Of a DNA stretch of 64,000 nt, positions 1-13,900 are shown piece after piece. The stretch comes from Eledone cirrhosa (lineage: Eukaryota), in assembly GCA_964016885.1 (NCBI GenBank), contig OZ024747.1, forward strand, positions 65,472,001 to 65,536,000, read 5' to 3'. Made by a program: the position numbers and the translations under genes. The notes beneath the pieces were generated by a model. It was not told the DNA's origin. It ran no database searches and saw only the letters and a list, made by a program, of their open reading frames with translations. Positions within the stretch are counted from its first letter, which is position 1; each line of letters starts with the position of its first letter.

Positions 1-124
1 TGGTATCATCCACCTGTCCTCTTTCCTACTTATTAAGATTTTTGTATTTGTTTAAGTTTTCTCTTTCAATTCTATGTTCCTCTTCCATGCTTAAAATATT
101 TACCTGCCTCTCTCCTTCTCTTTC

Positions 125-128
<4 letters not shown>

Positions 129-196
<68 letters not shown>
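129..196. repeat. (AT)n microsatellite, representative of dozens in the window (e.g. 1139-1300, 23205-23770, 35680-36250, 54175-54295)
   Basis: Pure dinucleotide run; source of the IYIYIY pseudo-ORFs. Confidence 0.98.
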
Positions 197-199
<3 letters not shown>

Positions 200-668
200 A
201 ATAAAAATTAGCAAGGATTTAAATTGGATCATTTAATTGATTTATGACTATTTCATTAGAATAACTGGAATACTCTATTCCTGTTATAATAAGCTCATCA
301 GAACCGATTAAATACAAATATTATTTACCTTACATGTTTGTAAATGTAATAGGAGTGTGAAAAAGTATAAACAATAACAATTCAAATATTATTAAGAAAA
401 GTTAAAATTTTATGGAACCCTAAAGATGTAATTAAAATATAACGTTCAGTAACTAAAAATATTATATGAACTATCATACATTGTTATATGTACAACTCAC
501 CAAATTAGAGTTACAGATATACAACTAGAACATATATAATTAAGTGAAAGTTTGGTTACTAAGAAACTTATAACTTAAAATGTATTAAGAGAGGTGATAG
601 ACTATTTTCAGAATAAATTAGTGATTATAATATTAGTATAAAAGAAATCAGATACATTCAATATATAT

Positions 669-1138
669 ATCATCAATATCATCATCATTTTACGTCCACT
701 GCTTGCAAGGGTGGGATGGGTCTTATTAAGCACGGCATCTCTCCATTCGTCATGGTCCTTTGTCATCTCCTCCGTGGGCTTCAGCGATCTGAGGTCTGCT
801 CTCACCCCCTCCGCCCATGTTTTTTGCAGTCTTTCTTGACTGCGTCTTCCTTCTACTGGGATTTCTTGGCATTTCTTTACCTAGCAGTCATCCTCCATGC
901 GCATCACATGTCCATACTATCTCAGTCTTCTCTCCGCACACTACAGCCTATTCCTCTTATACATAGTTTCTCTCTCAACTCGTCTATGTTTGGTCGTTCA
1001 TGCACATTGACATTGCACATCCAACGGAGCATGCTTGCTTCATTTCTCTCCAGCCATCGCATATCTTCCACAGTTGCTGCCCATGTCTCACTACCATGCA
1101 GCATCGCGCATCTCACACAGGCATCATATAACCGGCCT
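669..1138 (-). mobile_element. RTE-clade LINE, 5'-truncated 3' fragment with (TGA)n tail
   Basis: ORFs 922-1116 ([10 protein letters not shown]...[12 protein letters not shown]) and 608-805 match the C-terminus of the RTE ORF at 57064-57918; ends in ggacgtaaaa(tga)n. Confidence 0.9.
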
Positions 1139-1171
<33 letters not shown>

Positions 1172-1205
1172 TCACAAATATACACATAAAATACAATATA
1201 CAAAT

Positions 1206-1300
<95 letters not shown>

Positions 1301-1535
1301 CACACACACATGTATATGTCTTTTACCTATCTTGCTGTGGACTATGAAATCACATTGAGCTTTAAAATGTTCTTTGCCTTTATATGGTTGTATTATCAAC
1401 TCGTTTAAACTTTTTTATACGTATGTATGTATGTGTATATATATGTGTATATATATGTGTGTGTGTGTGCTTAGTAGTAATTTGTTTGAAGTTTATATAT
1501 TATTATGTATAAATGAAAACATTTAACAAAGACTG

Positions 1536-1920
1536 TAAGCTCATTATACACACACTAGTATATACACATTTTGTATAAATCATTCAATCTTTATACATAA
1601 GCTCCTTATACATACATTTTCTAATATGCACACTTTTTGTATAAGTTATTCAAACTTTATACATAAGCTCCTTATACATACATTTTCTAATATACACACT
1701 TTTTGTATAAGTTATTCAAGCTCCATACATAAGCTCTTTATACAAACGATTTCTAATATACACACTTTTTTAATAAATCTTATTCAAACATTATACATAA
1801 GCTAATTAATTATACATACATTTTCTAATATACACTATTTTTGAATGCATGCTATCTAACTTTATTCTTAAGCTCATTAAACATACATTTGCAATATATA
1901 CACTTTTTGCATAAATCCTA
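1536..1920. repeat. Degenerate ~65-bp tandem repeat, about 6 copies
   Basis: Recurring unit aagctccttatacatacattttctaatatacacactttttgtataagttattcaaactttatacat. Confidence 0.85.
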
Positions 1921-2055
1921 TTCATATATTTCACAGTTATCAAAACGAATTTTACAAACTAGATTTCAACCCAAAGTAGACATTGTTCCATCACACTCAT
2001 TCTACCCTATATCAAGATATTGGAAACAGAGATTAACCCCTGTAATATAACTTAC

Positions 2056-2110
2056 ACGAGAGACACAGCCACAAAGGTAGTGCTACTGTTACTACGGTGG
2101 ACAAGGATGG
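2056..2110 (-). CDS. Putative internal exon E of unidentified host gene (PSLSTVVTVALPLWLCLS, phase 0-1)
   Basis: ttaaccatacag acceptor and GTAAGT donor; phase-0 frame is open and continues exon D. Confidence 0.45.
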
Positions 2111-2857
2111 CTGTATGGTTAAGTAATTGGGTTGGTGTATAACACTGTGGCTCTCCTTTCAGTCCCACTACTACGTATATATATGGGGGGAGGGGGGCTC
2201 TATGTATGCAGGTATTTTTATTGGTGCTCTGTGCATATATATATATGTGTGTGTGTGTGTGTAAGTGTATAGGTGGAGCGTGTATGTGTGCTCTGTATGT
2301 GGGGAGGGGTTTGCTCTGTGTGTATTTGACAGCACTCTGTGTTTGTGTGTAAGCATCTACATGTGCATACATTAGTGCTCTATGTATGTATTTGAGAGCT
2401 CTCTCTCTCTCTCTGTTGCTCTGTAGATGGGGAGGGAGTTGGTTTGTGGATAGGGAGGAAGTTGTTCTGTATATATATTTGAGTTGTCTCTCTCTCTCTC
2501 TCTCTCTCTGATGCTCTCTGTATATGTATATGTGTGTGTGTGTAAAGCAGTTGACATAAGGAAGAGCATTCATGTGTAGAAACCACACCAAAAACAGGAA
2601 TATATGTAAGTGAGGCATGACTCAGCCTATCTTGGGAGGAAGTAGCTTCAGTTAAGTATTAACTTGGTCAGCAATTTTGCTGAATTTTGCCAAACCGTTA
2701 TTATTAGTAGTAATATTAATAGTAGTAGTGGTAGTAGTAGTAACAGCAGTAGTAGTGTTATTAATCATCTAGCCAGTGTAATGTGCAATAAATAAAGAGG
2801 ATGAAGAAGTTAAATTTTCTTAATCATTGAAAGGTGAAGAGAAAGAGAAGACAGGTG

Positions 2858-2932
<75 letters not shown>

Positions 2933-4005
2933 TTCAAAGATTATATAAAGATTTATTTGATACTAATCCACTGAATATTTCGAAAGTGATGTCTATAACA
3001 ACATCAACTACGAAAATGGTGATATTGATGATGATGATGATCATCATCATCATCATCATGATATGTTAGATAACGAGAATGGCGATAAAAGTATTAAGAC
3101 TAAATGTGTACTTATAAATACATATCAATCAACAAACTAGATAGTGTACAACACACACAAATAAAAGAAACGATTATAAACACATTAAGTTATTACTGAA
3201 AACTGAGCTAAATGTAAAACAAAACACAACGTAATGTACATCAACACTCTAGAAGTTGCAGTGGTATACTAGAGTTATAGTTATAATTTAACTCTTCACA
3301 TACTGTAATGATTTAGTAGAAAATATTTTAAAACAAGTTTGTTAATTCAACTGCTTGTATATTTTTACTAGAAGACAGATCATTGTGAAAAATTGTGAAA
3401 AATTGCAATATTAGAGTAAAGACTTTAATGTATAATGTGGTGAAATTATAATACTGTTTGGAATTTTTCAAGAGTTCATTGCTAATGTGGCATCATGCGG
3501 TACTGAATGTGAAGACTATATGAAACATCCACTTAAGAGCTACAAAAAACATCTATTATAGAATAATGGAGAAATGAATAGAAATCATGAACAAAACAAT
3601 TTGTATTATATCTTCAAGGAAGCCAACAAATAGAAATAGCAGGGATGAAATGACAGATTTTGTGAGGAGAAAATAGAAACAACAAATATTGTGAAATCAT
3701 TAAAGATTTAACCAAAGATCGGAGCTACAAAATGTCATATTAAAGTGAGCACAATATAAATCTGTTCATGGCCAACTGTTGAGAATATTCAAGAAGCTAA
3801 ATATAGACATAGAAATATTACAACACTAGATGAGAAATGCAGGACTTAAATCAGATGTGACTCACTAGCTTATATTTCAAGAGACTATATGGAATATTCA
3901 TATGTTTACATGTAGCAAGTTCAGTATATATATCTATTTTATATATATATATATCATCATCATCATCGTTTAACGTCCATCTTCCATGCTAGCATGGGTT
4001 GGACT

Positions 4006-4092
4006 GGAACAACATGAAATAAAGTGTCTTGCTCAAGGACACAATGCGCTGCCGGGAATTGAACTCACAACTTTACAAAGCCAACACACCTT
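4006..4092 (-). mobile_element. tRNA-derived SINE fragment, same family as 27841-27985
   Basis: Reverse strand gagttcaattccc B-box followed by gtgtccttgagcaagacactttatttcatgttg. Confidence 0.7.
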
Positions 4093-4454
4093 CAAACAGT
4101 CGTGGTGATGACAATGATACATACATAAAACATACATAAAACAAAGGTGCTTTTGGGTGGTTTGGAATAAAAACGGTTAAATAAAACTATAGAATTGTTC
4201 TTACCAATTGTCCATTGTGTAATGACTTTACCATGACTGTTGTTGGTTATTAATATTTCCTGAAACATAAACAAAATTAAAAGATTCTTATATGGACACA
4301 CAGGATGTTTTGTGGTATTTGCTTTGGTAGTTCAATTTCTACTGAAGTCAACTTTTCCTTTCATCATTTTTGAGACAACAAATAAAGTACCTTGATTTTC
4401 ATCCTTTCAAGGTCAATAAAAAGAAAGTAGCAATTCAGTAAAAATAAAAAAAAT

Positions 4455-4532
4455 TAATAATAATGAAAATTATTGTGTACAGTGCTCAGGTGCACTACAA
4501 CTCATCAAAGGTGCATGTATAGTACATAGAAT
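4455..4532 (-). mobile_element. CR1-like LINE 3' UTR end; further copy at ~31508-31640
   Basis: Reverse complement of the 3' UTR at 27165-27246 (gagttgtagtgcacctgagcac...tacacaataatttcattat). Confidence 0.75.
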
Positions 4533-4720
4533 AGGGATTAGATGTCATCAAGGAAATTTCCCAGAGGCTCAATATCACCTTGAAGGATGCAGAAGGGCTG
4601 GCACAAGACCACCAGCAATGGAAGGCACTGGAAGACCTGGTCAGCTCTACGCATGGTGATGCTTCTGGGATCACTGATCTAAGATGACCCATGTCTCATC
4701 GAGCAAGAAGATGAAGAGGG
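4533..4720 (+). mobile_element. RTE-like LINE extreme 3' fragment
   Basis: Reads LDVIKEISQRLNITLKDAEGLAQDHQQWKAL, similar to the RTE C-terminal A.DR..W motif; gaagaagatgaaga tail. Confidence 0.55.
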
Positions 4721-5228
4721 AATTTAAGGGTAGAATAGTGCCTAAAATTTGCAATAGCTCTATTTGATCTGCTATGAAGATGATGAAGATGGTGATGATG
4801 ATGACAATGATGACAACAACAACAATACACAAACACACACATCAAACAAGTCATATAATAAACATGTACACAGGAGGAGGGGGAGGAGGAGGAGAAGGAG
4901 AAGGAGAAGAAGAAGAAGAAGAAGAAAAAGAAGAAGAAGAAGGTGGTGGTGGTGTCTGTTTGGAACTTTACAGTTAATTCATCAGTGGAGGCTTATACCA
5001 ATTAAATATAACAAAGTTTATGAAAAAAAATAAAAACCCCTAACAGTAATGGCATTTAAGACTTCCTTGGTTTGTTAACAACAGACCTTGTTTTTCTTTC
5101 AGGATTTTTTTATGTTTATCTTTTTGGTTTCTATCGAGATTTCAAGTGATTTGTCTTCATTATATCCTTTCCTTACCAACTTCCTTATTCACTCACTGCC
5201 ATGCTTTCTGTTTTACTTTATTGTAAAC

Positions 5229-5580
5229 GTGTGTATGTGTGTATGTGTATGGGAGTGTATATGTGGACATGTATGTGTGCACAAATGTCTGTTTGGGCAT
5301 GTGTATGTGAGTGTGTTTGTGTGTGTATGTGTGTGTGTATGTGTGTATGTTTGTGCATGTGTGCATGCAAATGTGTGTGTGTGTTTATGTGCAGATATGT
5401 GTGTGGGGGGATGTATGTGTGGATGTGTATGTGTGGGGGAGATGTATTTGTGGATGTGGATGTATATGCATGTATTTGTAGGTAGGTGGGGGTGGGGGTG
5501 TGGATGTGTATGTATGTATATGTGAATGTGTATATGTGTATATGAATGTATATATGTGAGTGTGTGTGTGTGTGTGTGTT
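5229..5580. repeat. Degenerate (TG)n/(TGTA)n microsatellite
   Basis: Seen directly. Confidence 0.95.
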
Positions 5581-5859
5581 GCTTCATCATCATTCATTAA
5601 GCATAAACGTCTTGTTTAATTAAACTTACATCTTTAATTACTCTCTCTATATCCACTGACATTTCAAAAACTTTTATTCAAAGTCAACGTCATGTTGTTT
5701 TATTTTCTTTCTCTTCCTTTCTAGAATATTTCAAATCTACATTGATTCCGGTGTTGGTTTTATTTTTAGATTTAGATTTTTGGTAGTGACGGGGTGGGGC
5801 GGTGGGGGGTTTAGATTTAGTGTTGTTGTTCCTGCTGCTACTGCTGCAATGGCTATTGT

Positions 5860-6298
5860 TGTTATTCTTGCTGTTGTTATTTTCGTCCTTGCTTCTCCAA
5901 AGTGTTTCCATCACTATTTTTGCTTTTAGATTTGGATTTTTGATGAGAGCAAGGAGAGGGGCGGGGTGTTAGATTTATTGATGTTGTTGCTACTGTTGTT
6001 GCTGCTGTTGTTGTTGTTATTGTTGTTGTTGTTATTGTTACTTTCGTCCTTTCTTCTCCAAAGTGTTTCCATCACTAATTTTGTTTTTAAATTTGGATTT
6101 TTGCTGCTACTGTTGTTGTTGTTACTGTTACTGTTGTTGTTGTTGTTACTGTTGCTGTTTCTTGTTGTTACTTTCGTCCTTGCTTCTCCAAAGTGATTCC
6201 ATCACTATTTTTGTTTTTTAGATTTTTTTTTAATACTTTTATTTTGTGGGTATTTATTAAATTATTGCCTTGTTAGTCATTACTTTTATTGCTGATGT

Positions 6299-6347
<49 letters not shown>

Positions 6348-6770
6348 AATACTGCAGCTGTTATTGTTATTGCTACTGCAGCTGTTATTGTTGTTGTTAC
6401 TACTACTGCAGCTGTTGTTGTTATTATTACTACTGCAGTTGTTTATGTTGTTATTATTACTACTGCAGCTGTTATTGTTGTTGTTATTATTACTACTGCA
6501 GCTGTTGTTGTTGTTGTTATTATTACTACTGCAGCTGTTATTGCTGTTAATACTATTGCTGCTAGTGTTGTTATTACTATTACTACCGTTGTTATTACTA
6601 CCCTTGTATTGTAGTGACTGTTGTTGCTGGCATTATTACTACTGCACCTGTTGTTGTTGTTATTATTGCTGCTGGTGTTGTTATTACTGCAGTTATTGTT
6701 ACTGCTACTACTATTGCTGTTGTGGTTGTTACTTCTGCTACTGTTGTTGTTGTTACTGCTGCTGATGTTT
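5860..6770. repeat. (GTT/ATT/ACT) trinucleotide low-complexity tract with higher-order units
   Basis: Three copies of tcgtcctt(g/t)cttctccaaagtg(t/a)ttccatcact (~5883, ~6044, ~6174) and repeated tactactgcagctgttgttgtt units. Confidence 0.9.
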
Positions 6771-6843
6771 CCTTTGTGCTGTCCTACACCAAAAATAAGA
6801 TAGTGTAGGACAGAACAAAGGAAATACACAAAATAAGAAGTCA

Positions 6844-6886
6844 GTCACTGAGGAGGTCACAGAATGTGTGACGAAAGAGCTTTGAT
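6844..6886 (+). ncRNA. Minimal hammerhead ribozyme motif in a short repeat (~6768-7030); degenerate paralog at ~16600-16800
   Basis: gtca-CTGAGGA-g-gtcaca/tgtgac (stem II)-GAAA-gagc-TT-tgat; stem I gtca/tgat. Confidence 0.6.
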
Positions 6887-8239
6887 AATATATACAAAAC
6901 GATCTGGTTACTGAACCAACCAACCAGAAATTTATAATAAATTGAAGTGAAAACCAACAGGTGTGTGTAGTTTTTATTGGCAGCATGACCCTCCCATAGT
7001 ATAACAAGATATATCGACAGTCAATCAACTTTCATCAAATCGGACTGAGGAAACAATTGCTAATACTCTCTATCAGATGTATGATGATGATGATGATCAT
7101 GATATATATATATATATATATCCTTACTGTTTAATCTCCATTTTCCAAATGTGCATTGGTTATTAAGCTAGCCAGCTCAGATGACATTTTATTCATATGG
7201 ATCTGTCATGGCCATAGACTCTACAACTGGATGTCCATTTGTAGTACCAACCACATTACAATGTGTAGTGGGAATTTTGTTTCATGGCACCACCACTACC
7301 ACTTTACAGGATGGACTGTGTGCTTTCTGTCATGGCACCAGAATGACAACTTTGCATGGTGGACTGGATGCTTTTTTGTCACAGTATCAACACGACCACC
7401 TTACAGGGTGGAACACATCAAAATCCCAAATTCGTTATTTAATATACTCTCATTAAATACAAATATTATTCACAGTAAAGCATCTTGTGAATAATATTTG
7501 TATACTTATCTATATTTGTATCATGGTAATATTAATACCATTTCACTTGCATGAGATGTGAGCTGTACTTAGCAGGGTGAACAATTCGAAACTTAATAAG
7601 GTTTATATACTTTTGATAATATTTTTTCTTTATCCTACTGAGGACTCTAGTAATTATTACAACCCCTTTCCATTTCAATTGCCCACATCCTGCATATTTC
7701 AATTTCTAAACGATGTGGATAGCCAGAAATGTGTTGTCAATCCTCTAATTGTACCAATTAGAGGATTGACAATTGATGTTAGCCTTACTTTTTATCATCA
7801 TGTATTTGTAATTATTTTTAGCTGGGCATTAGTCTGGTGTAGCAAAAGCCAATCTGTCTGATTCTGGTTTTAACCCAGAGCTTATCAACATTATTGTCTA
7901 TCACTTAGATTTAATTCCTCCCTCTCCAACATTGCAATGTAGTGGACATGGAGTGGTTTTTCTCTCCATTTAGTTCTTTCTTTCTTTCATCCTTATTAGT
8001 GTCACATAAATAATTAAATGCTGACAATATGCTGCTACATTAATACAACAATATTAATTGAAATGAATTCCAGTCATCAAAGTTTTGTCATTAATTAGTC
8101 AAAGTTATTAACATTTATTAACATTTATTAACATTTATTAACGTTTATTAACATTTATTAAAAATATTGTAAAGATGTTAATTAATATTTTGGTAATTAT
8201 TTTGGAAAGATATTTAAATTGTCTAAACTATTAATTAAG

Positions 8240-8505
8240 CAATGTGTTGGTATGGCCATTTCAAGCGCAGGGAGGGCTGGATATGCAAAGTAATGAATGT
8301 CGATCCAGGAGGCAGTAGAAGCCCAGGAAGACCAAAAAAGACTCAGATGGAGGATGTCCGTCAGGATCAAGCTAGACTTGGCCTGGCCCAAGTCAGACCA
8401 GCAGACAGAAACACACGGAGCAGGACGCTAAGGAGCGCTGTCAGGCAGGACCCACCCCTATTTAGGATTGTCTCCTGCATAATCAAAAACTGGATTATGG
8501 TGATA
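8240..8505 (+). mobile_element. RTE-clade LINE 3' fragment, divergent family
   Basis: WYGHFKRR...GSRSPGRPKKT...DVRQD matches the RTE C-terminal W.GHV.R...GRP..TW motif. Confidence 0.75.
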
Positions 8506-8562
8506 ATGATCCATTTATTAAGCTAATAATATGAGTAAAATATCAAAGTCTAAACATCTTAC

Positions 8563-8643
8563 CTTCTCCACTGTTTCCTGCAGGCCAAGATGTCGTCCAA
8601 AGTTGATGTCATTAATGTCCAGAGTGATGACGGATTCTGGGAC
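8563..8643 (-). CDS. Putative internal exon D (VPESVITLDINDINFGRHLGLQETVEK, 81 nt, phase 0-0)
   Basis: ttcattgtatttgtcag acceptor, AAG/GTAAG donor, open frame, GC-richer than its flanks. Confidence 0.7.
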
Positions 8644-8711
8644 CTGACAAATACAATGAACAGTGAAATGGTGTAACATATATATATATATATAGTGTAA
8701 ACAAAAATAAT

Positions 8712-8897
8712 TGTTTATACTTTAGGCACAAGGCCAGCAAATACCCAGTGCATTACTGGTACTTTATTTTATCGACCCCGTAAGGATGAAAGACAAAGTC
8801 AACCTCGGCGGGATTTGAACTTAGATCGTAAAGGGACGTAACTATGCTGGAAAGCATGGGGTCCGACCCTCTACCGATTCTGCCAATCCACCGCTCT
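8712..8897 (-). mobile_element. tRNA-derived SINE with Nin/Deu-like central domain and 19-bp TSD
   Basis: A box tggcagaatcgg, B box aagttcaaatcc, gttgactttgtctttcatccttacggggtcgataaa domain; TSD tagtgtaaacaaaaataat at 8693-8711 and 8898-8916. Confidence 0.85.
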
Positions 8898-8999
8898 TAG
8901 TGTAAACAAAAATAATGGAAGAAATATATTAGTTTAATGCTAGAAATAGCAGGAAGAGAGTCTTAATGAGGTTAAGGAAAGGAGATAACCTATGTATAG

Positions 9000-9603
9000 T
9001 TTGATTAGGTAGGGGAATTACTGAAGTTATAAAAGTGTAAAAGAATAAGTGTATATGTATACACATATGCACACAATTGAGAGGTGATATTGGAATATAA
9101 CCAACAAGTTGAATTCATGAGCAGCTGTTTCATTGTTTTAGTGCAGTACACCAACAAATTCTCAATGAACAGAAATTTGCCTCATAGTTGGAGAATTGAC
9201 TAGCACAGCTGTCACAATGTTACCTGATGATAGACTGACAATCTATCCTAGAAGCAAACACACACACATGTACACCAGGTCTGAATATAGAGGAGCCAAA
9301 CTCCTAATGTCATCGCCTCCATCTCTCTCGCCCTCCCACGCCCCCAGCTGACAGAATGGAGAAGGTGTTTCCCAGGAGGATGGTGAGGGAAATGCGCTGG
9401 AAGGAGTCATTCCATCTCATGAGGCTCACACCTGTGACTAGCCAGCTCAGCGCTTATGGCGGTGAGTCAGGAGGTAACCCAAGGTCCAAGGAGACCCAAC
9501 TTGTGGGTGATATTCCAATATCATCTCTCAATTGTGTGCATGAATGTATACATATGCACCTACTCTTATTTATAACTTCAGCAATTCTCCTACCTAATCA
9601 AAG
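9000..9603. mobile_element. Degenerate fold-back element with ~110-bp inverted arms
   Basis: 9000-9111 is an imperfect reverse complement of 9497-9603. Confidence 0.7.
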
Positions 9604-10229
9604 CAATGTAGTAATATAGAGTACCTATGTATAGTGAGTATGTGTGAATGTGTTGGTGTGTGTGTGTGTGCGCGCGCGCGTGTGTGTGTATGCATGTGTG
9701 TGTGTGTATGCATGTGTGTGGTCGTGAAAGTGTGTTCAAATGTTTGAAAGAGAAGCCTTGAACCTTGACAAGCTGGCCTGCTGACTGAAATAAGGGCATG
9801 TATAGGAATGTATATGAATTTCTACATCTACATACATAAACACACACACACACATATACATATATATATATATATAGATAATTTAATATATCTACTAACA
9901 TACGCGCACAGATGTACGCTAATGCCAGCAAATACACAGGTTATGTCATAGTACCTAAGTGCTTCAATGCAGGAGGATGCAGAACAATAATATAAAAGAC
10001 GTAAAATAAGAAAATTAAAAAAAAAAAAAAATTTTTTTTAAATTAACTTACTTACTAAAATTATACATATATATACATACACACACACACACATATCTAT
10101 ATATATTTATATATACATATCTATATGAGTGAGACATGGTCACCCAACCAATCTTGCCTCAAGTGGGACAAACTCGTCCAAGCCATCCTAGTGAAGAAGA
10201 TGGACATTAAACGATGATGATGATATATA

Positions 10230-11827
10230 CAGTGCCCCGCAAAAGTTTACAACACATTAGGAAAAATGCGGTTTTAGGTATTTTTAATAAAGTTAGGGTA
10301 ATGAAAATTTAACTACCGATAGAACATATAATGAGGCATTTAATGATACAATCATATTTTTAAAAAAATAGCAAGGAAATAACTCATGAAGAAAAATCAA
10401 TATTTTTATAACGCAAAAGTTTACAACACATTTATTAAATCATCTCTTAATATTTCGTAGCGTAACCTTTGTTGCTAATTCCAGCCTGTAGGCGTTTGGA
10501 GTAGCCTCCTACAAACTTCTTGCATGTTTCTTGGCTAATATTTATCCATTCTTCACAACAAATTTTCTTTAGTTCAGGGATATTTTGAGGTTTCCTTTTT
10601 TGAATTCTCTCCACAAATTTTCGATCGAGTTAAGATCTGGAGACTGACATGGCCATTTTAGAACATTTATTCCATTCGTACTTAACCAAGATTGTGTTAG
10701 CTTTGCAGTATGCTTTGGATTGTTATCTTGTTGAAAAGGCCAACCTGGCTTTAAGCTGAGAGAATGTGCACTTTGATGTAAATTCCTTTGCAAAATACCT
10801 CTATAATAAGCGCCACCCATTCTTCCTTCTATTATTTCAATATTTCCTACACCTGTGGCACTAAAGCAACCCCAGACCATGATCCACCTCCAAATTTTAC
10901 AGTTGGAATAGTATTCTTCGGCAAATATTCAGTACCTTTCTTTCTCCAGACTTTTGCCACAGCATTTCGACTAAAAAGTTCAATTTTTGTTTCGTCCGAC
11001 TAAAGTACACTTCCCAAAATGACGCAGGTTTGATGAGATGCTCATTTGCAAAGTTTAATCGACGAAGAACGTGTTTCCTCGTAAGAAGTGGTGTTTTCCT
11101 TGGAGACCTCGAGAAGATATCATATCGATGTAGTGAACGACTAATTGTATCTGTGCTCACTTTTACTCCACTTTCTTCTTCGTCATCCTGAAGATTTTTA
11201 AGAGTACACTGGGGTTCGTTGCCAACCTTTCTCATCAATAACCGAGCTGCACGTTCCATTATCTTTCTAGGACGACCAGAACTAATTAGAGGACAGATGG
11301 AATGATGAGATTTCCAGTGACGAATTATAGTACCAACTGAACTCAATGGCACATTTAACTGACAAGATATCTTTCTATAACCAACACCATTTGTATGAAG
11401 GTCTACAATGCATTTACAGAGGTCTTGATCAATCAGTTTATTTTTCCCCATATTGTCAATGTTTACAGGACGGTTGTCAATGTTTACAGGATGGTAGTCA
11501 GACAAATAATGACGTAATGTTTTTAATAGTCCTTAGAAGTTACCTTAAACCTAATCTAGAACATTCTACTGAATTTTAAATCTGAAAATTTAAGAATTTT
11601 CTTGAAAAAAAGCGATAAATATAAAATGTGTTGTAAACTTTTGCATTATAAAAATATTGATTTTTCTTCATGAGTTATTTCCTTGTTATTTTTTTAAAAA
11701 TATGATTGTATCATTAAATGCCTCATTATATGTTCTATCAGTAGTTAAATTTTCATTACCCTAACTTTATTAAAACTACCTAAAACTGCATTTTTCCTAA
11801 TGTCTTGTAAACTTTTGCGGGGCACTG
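10230..11827 (-). mobile_element. Full-length Tc1-family DNA transposon, IR/DR type
   Basis: TA-CAGTG...CACTG-TA ends; ~205-bp TIRs, each with outer and inner gcaaaagtttacaa(c/g)acatt direct repeats; internal transposase. Confidence 0.95.
10447..11451 (-). pseudogene. Tc1 DD34E transposase with frameshifts
   Basis: MGKNK start, paired-like HTH, GRPRK, SDETK, VWGCFS, QQDNNPKH, SPDLNSIENLW (34 residues between D and E), TKY* end; split over several frames. Confidence 0.92.
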
Positions 11828-11859
<32 letters not shown>

Positions 11860-11899
11860 TACATATTATACACACACAATCACAGACGCATGCACGCAC

Positions 11900-11946
<47 letters not shown>

Positions 11947-11958
11947 TACATACATACA

Positions 11959-13835
11959 TCATTAGCTCACAGGAGGACAGAGGATACATCATTGGCTCAC
12001 AGGAGGACAGAAATACAAACCTAACCCATGACTTCTTTGTGGACGATCTGAAACTCTATGCCAAGAACATGGATGGGATGAAGAAAAATCTTGACCTGGT
12101 TACAACGTTCTCAAAGGATATAGGAATGGAGTTTGGCCAAGATAAATGCTCATACATGACTGTAAAGCGGGGAAAAACAACAACCCAATCTAGCAACATT
12201 GTCATCAATGGTCTAACTGTTTCACCGATATCTGATGAGGACTGCTACAGATACCTGGGGATAGATGAGAACATATCCTATAATAGTACTGTAATAAAGA
12301 ACGCGTAACCAGGGAATACTACACCCGATTAAGAAAGATCTGGTCATCGAAACTCTCTGCGCAAAACAAAACAGTGGCTCACAATGTGTTTGCTGTGCCT
12401 GTCCTAACACCAACGTTTGGAATACTCAATTGGACGATAGACGAAATCCGAGCAGTTGATGTTGGAACTCGAAGAATACTAAACAACACCGGAAACTTCC
12501 ACATCAACAGTGACATAGACCGCCTTTACTTGAAACGTAGGCAGGGAGGCAGAGGCCTAACATCAGTCCAGACAACATTTGAATGTCGCATCATATCTCT
12601 CCGACAACATCTACGAACCTCGAAGCGTAGGAGCCCGCTTCTTGAGCAAGTCTATCTGCATGAAACAGATAAGATCATGAGAGTTGGGAAGGAACTCCTT
12701 GAGAGATATTCCCTGTGTGATAATCAAAAACTCACACCCAGGATGTCACTCAGCAGTATCGCAGTGAATCCATGGATGAAAAACAGCATGCCTATCAGCA
12801 AAAAATCATGCATGGATATGTTGCCAGGAAGCTCCAGAGTGAGAGTAATATAGATAAGGAAAGTCTATCTTGGACCAACAACCGCTATATTGGCTCCCAC
12901 TTTGAAGGATACGCTTTTGCAATCTAAGAACAGGAGATTAGCACGAAATACCTGATTCACAAAAGAGATAGGGATGCAGGCAAAACACCTAGATGTGATA
13001 ACAAGTGCAGACTCTGCAGAATTAACATCGAAGATGTCACCCATGTCATAAGCAGCTGCCCATAGATGTCATCGCGGTACTATCTACCTATGAGGCATGA
13101 TGTAGTGGCCAAAACACTGTACAATGCAGTTCGTAAAAAAGATAGCCCCGATAATAAACACATTAAAAGCTACAACAATGTGGAAGAGATCCATGTACAT
13201 AATATGAAAGAGTACTGGTAGAATGTTCCAGTAAAAACCCCAATAAAATGCAGGCATAACAGACCAGATATTATGATATGGGACAGGGAGAAGAAAGCAT
13301 GCACAGTAGTGGAAATTAGCTGCCCAGCAGATGCCAATATAATATCAAAGATTAGTGAAAAGGAGAATATTTATGCAGAACTGATGAGAAATCTGCAGAT
13401 TCTCCACCCTGATTACACCTTCAGATTTATGCCTGTAATTATTGGGGCACTGGGATATGTTAGTAACTGCCTCAATACAAATCTTGAGAAACTATGCTTC
13501 ACAGGAACAGAAAGAACACAACTAGTTAGGAAATTACAAGTACAATCCATTAATGGAACAGTAAAAATATGTAAAACATTCCAAAAATTTTGCATCTAAT
13601 AACTGCATATACACATGTACAGATACAAAGCATATACACATGCACACATACAACTCAAAACATACACATCCACACATACAATAACATCCATATCTACACA
13701 TGCATGCATACAGACATATATACATATCTACCTAGTTGATGTTGTGTAAATTCCAATGAGAGAGTCTTGTGTCTATGTTAGAAACCGACTCTCTCTCTAT
13801 TGGTAAAACTTTGTGAAATTATAAAACCAGAACAT
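11959..13835 (+). mobile_element. R4/Dong-type (RLE) non-LTR retrotransposon, 5'-truncated, inserted in (CATA)n
   Basis: RT C-half (DDLKLYAK, YRYLG, GGRGL), CCHC knuckle CRLC...H....C, RHDVV, PD-(D/E)xK motif RPDIMIWD...VEISCP; stops and frameshifts; (CATA)n on both sides. Confidence 0.9.
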
Positions 13836-13900
13836 ACATACATACATACATACATACATACATACATACATACATACATACATACATACATACATACATA

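Noticed and set aside
4764-5033. Protamine-like poly-Arg ORF
   Set aside because: Frame reading of (GAA/GGA)n microsatellite
5966-6829. Poly-L/V/N/T ORFs resembling mucin or membrane proteins
   Set aside because: Trinucleotide low-complexity DNA open in several frames, with no splice support
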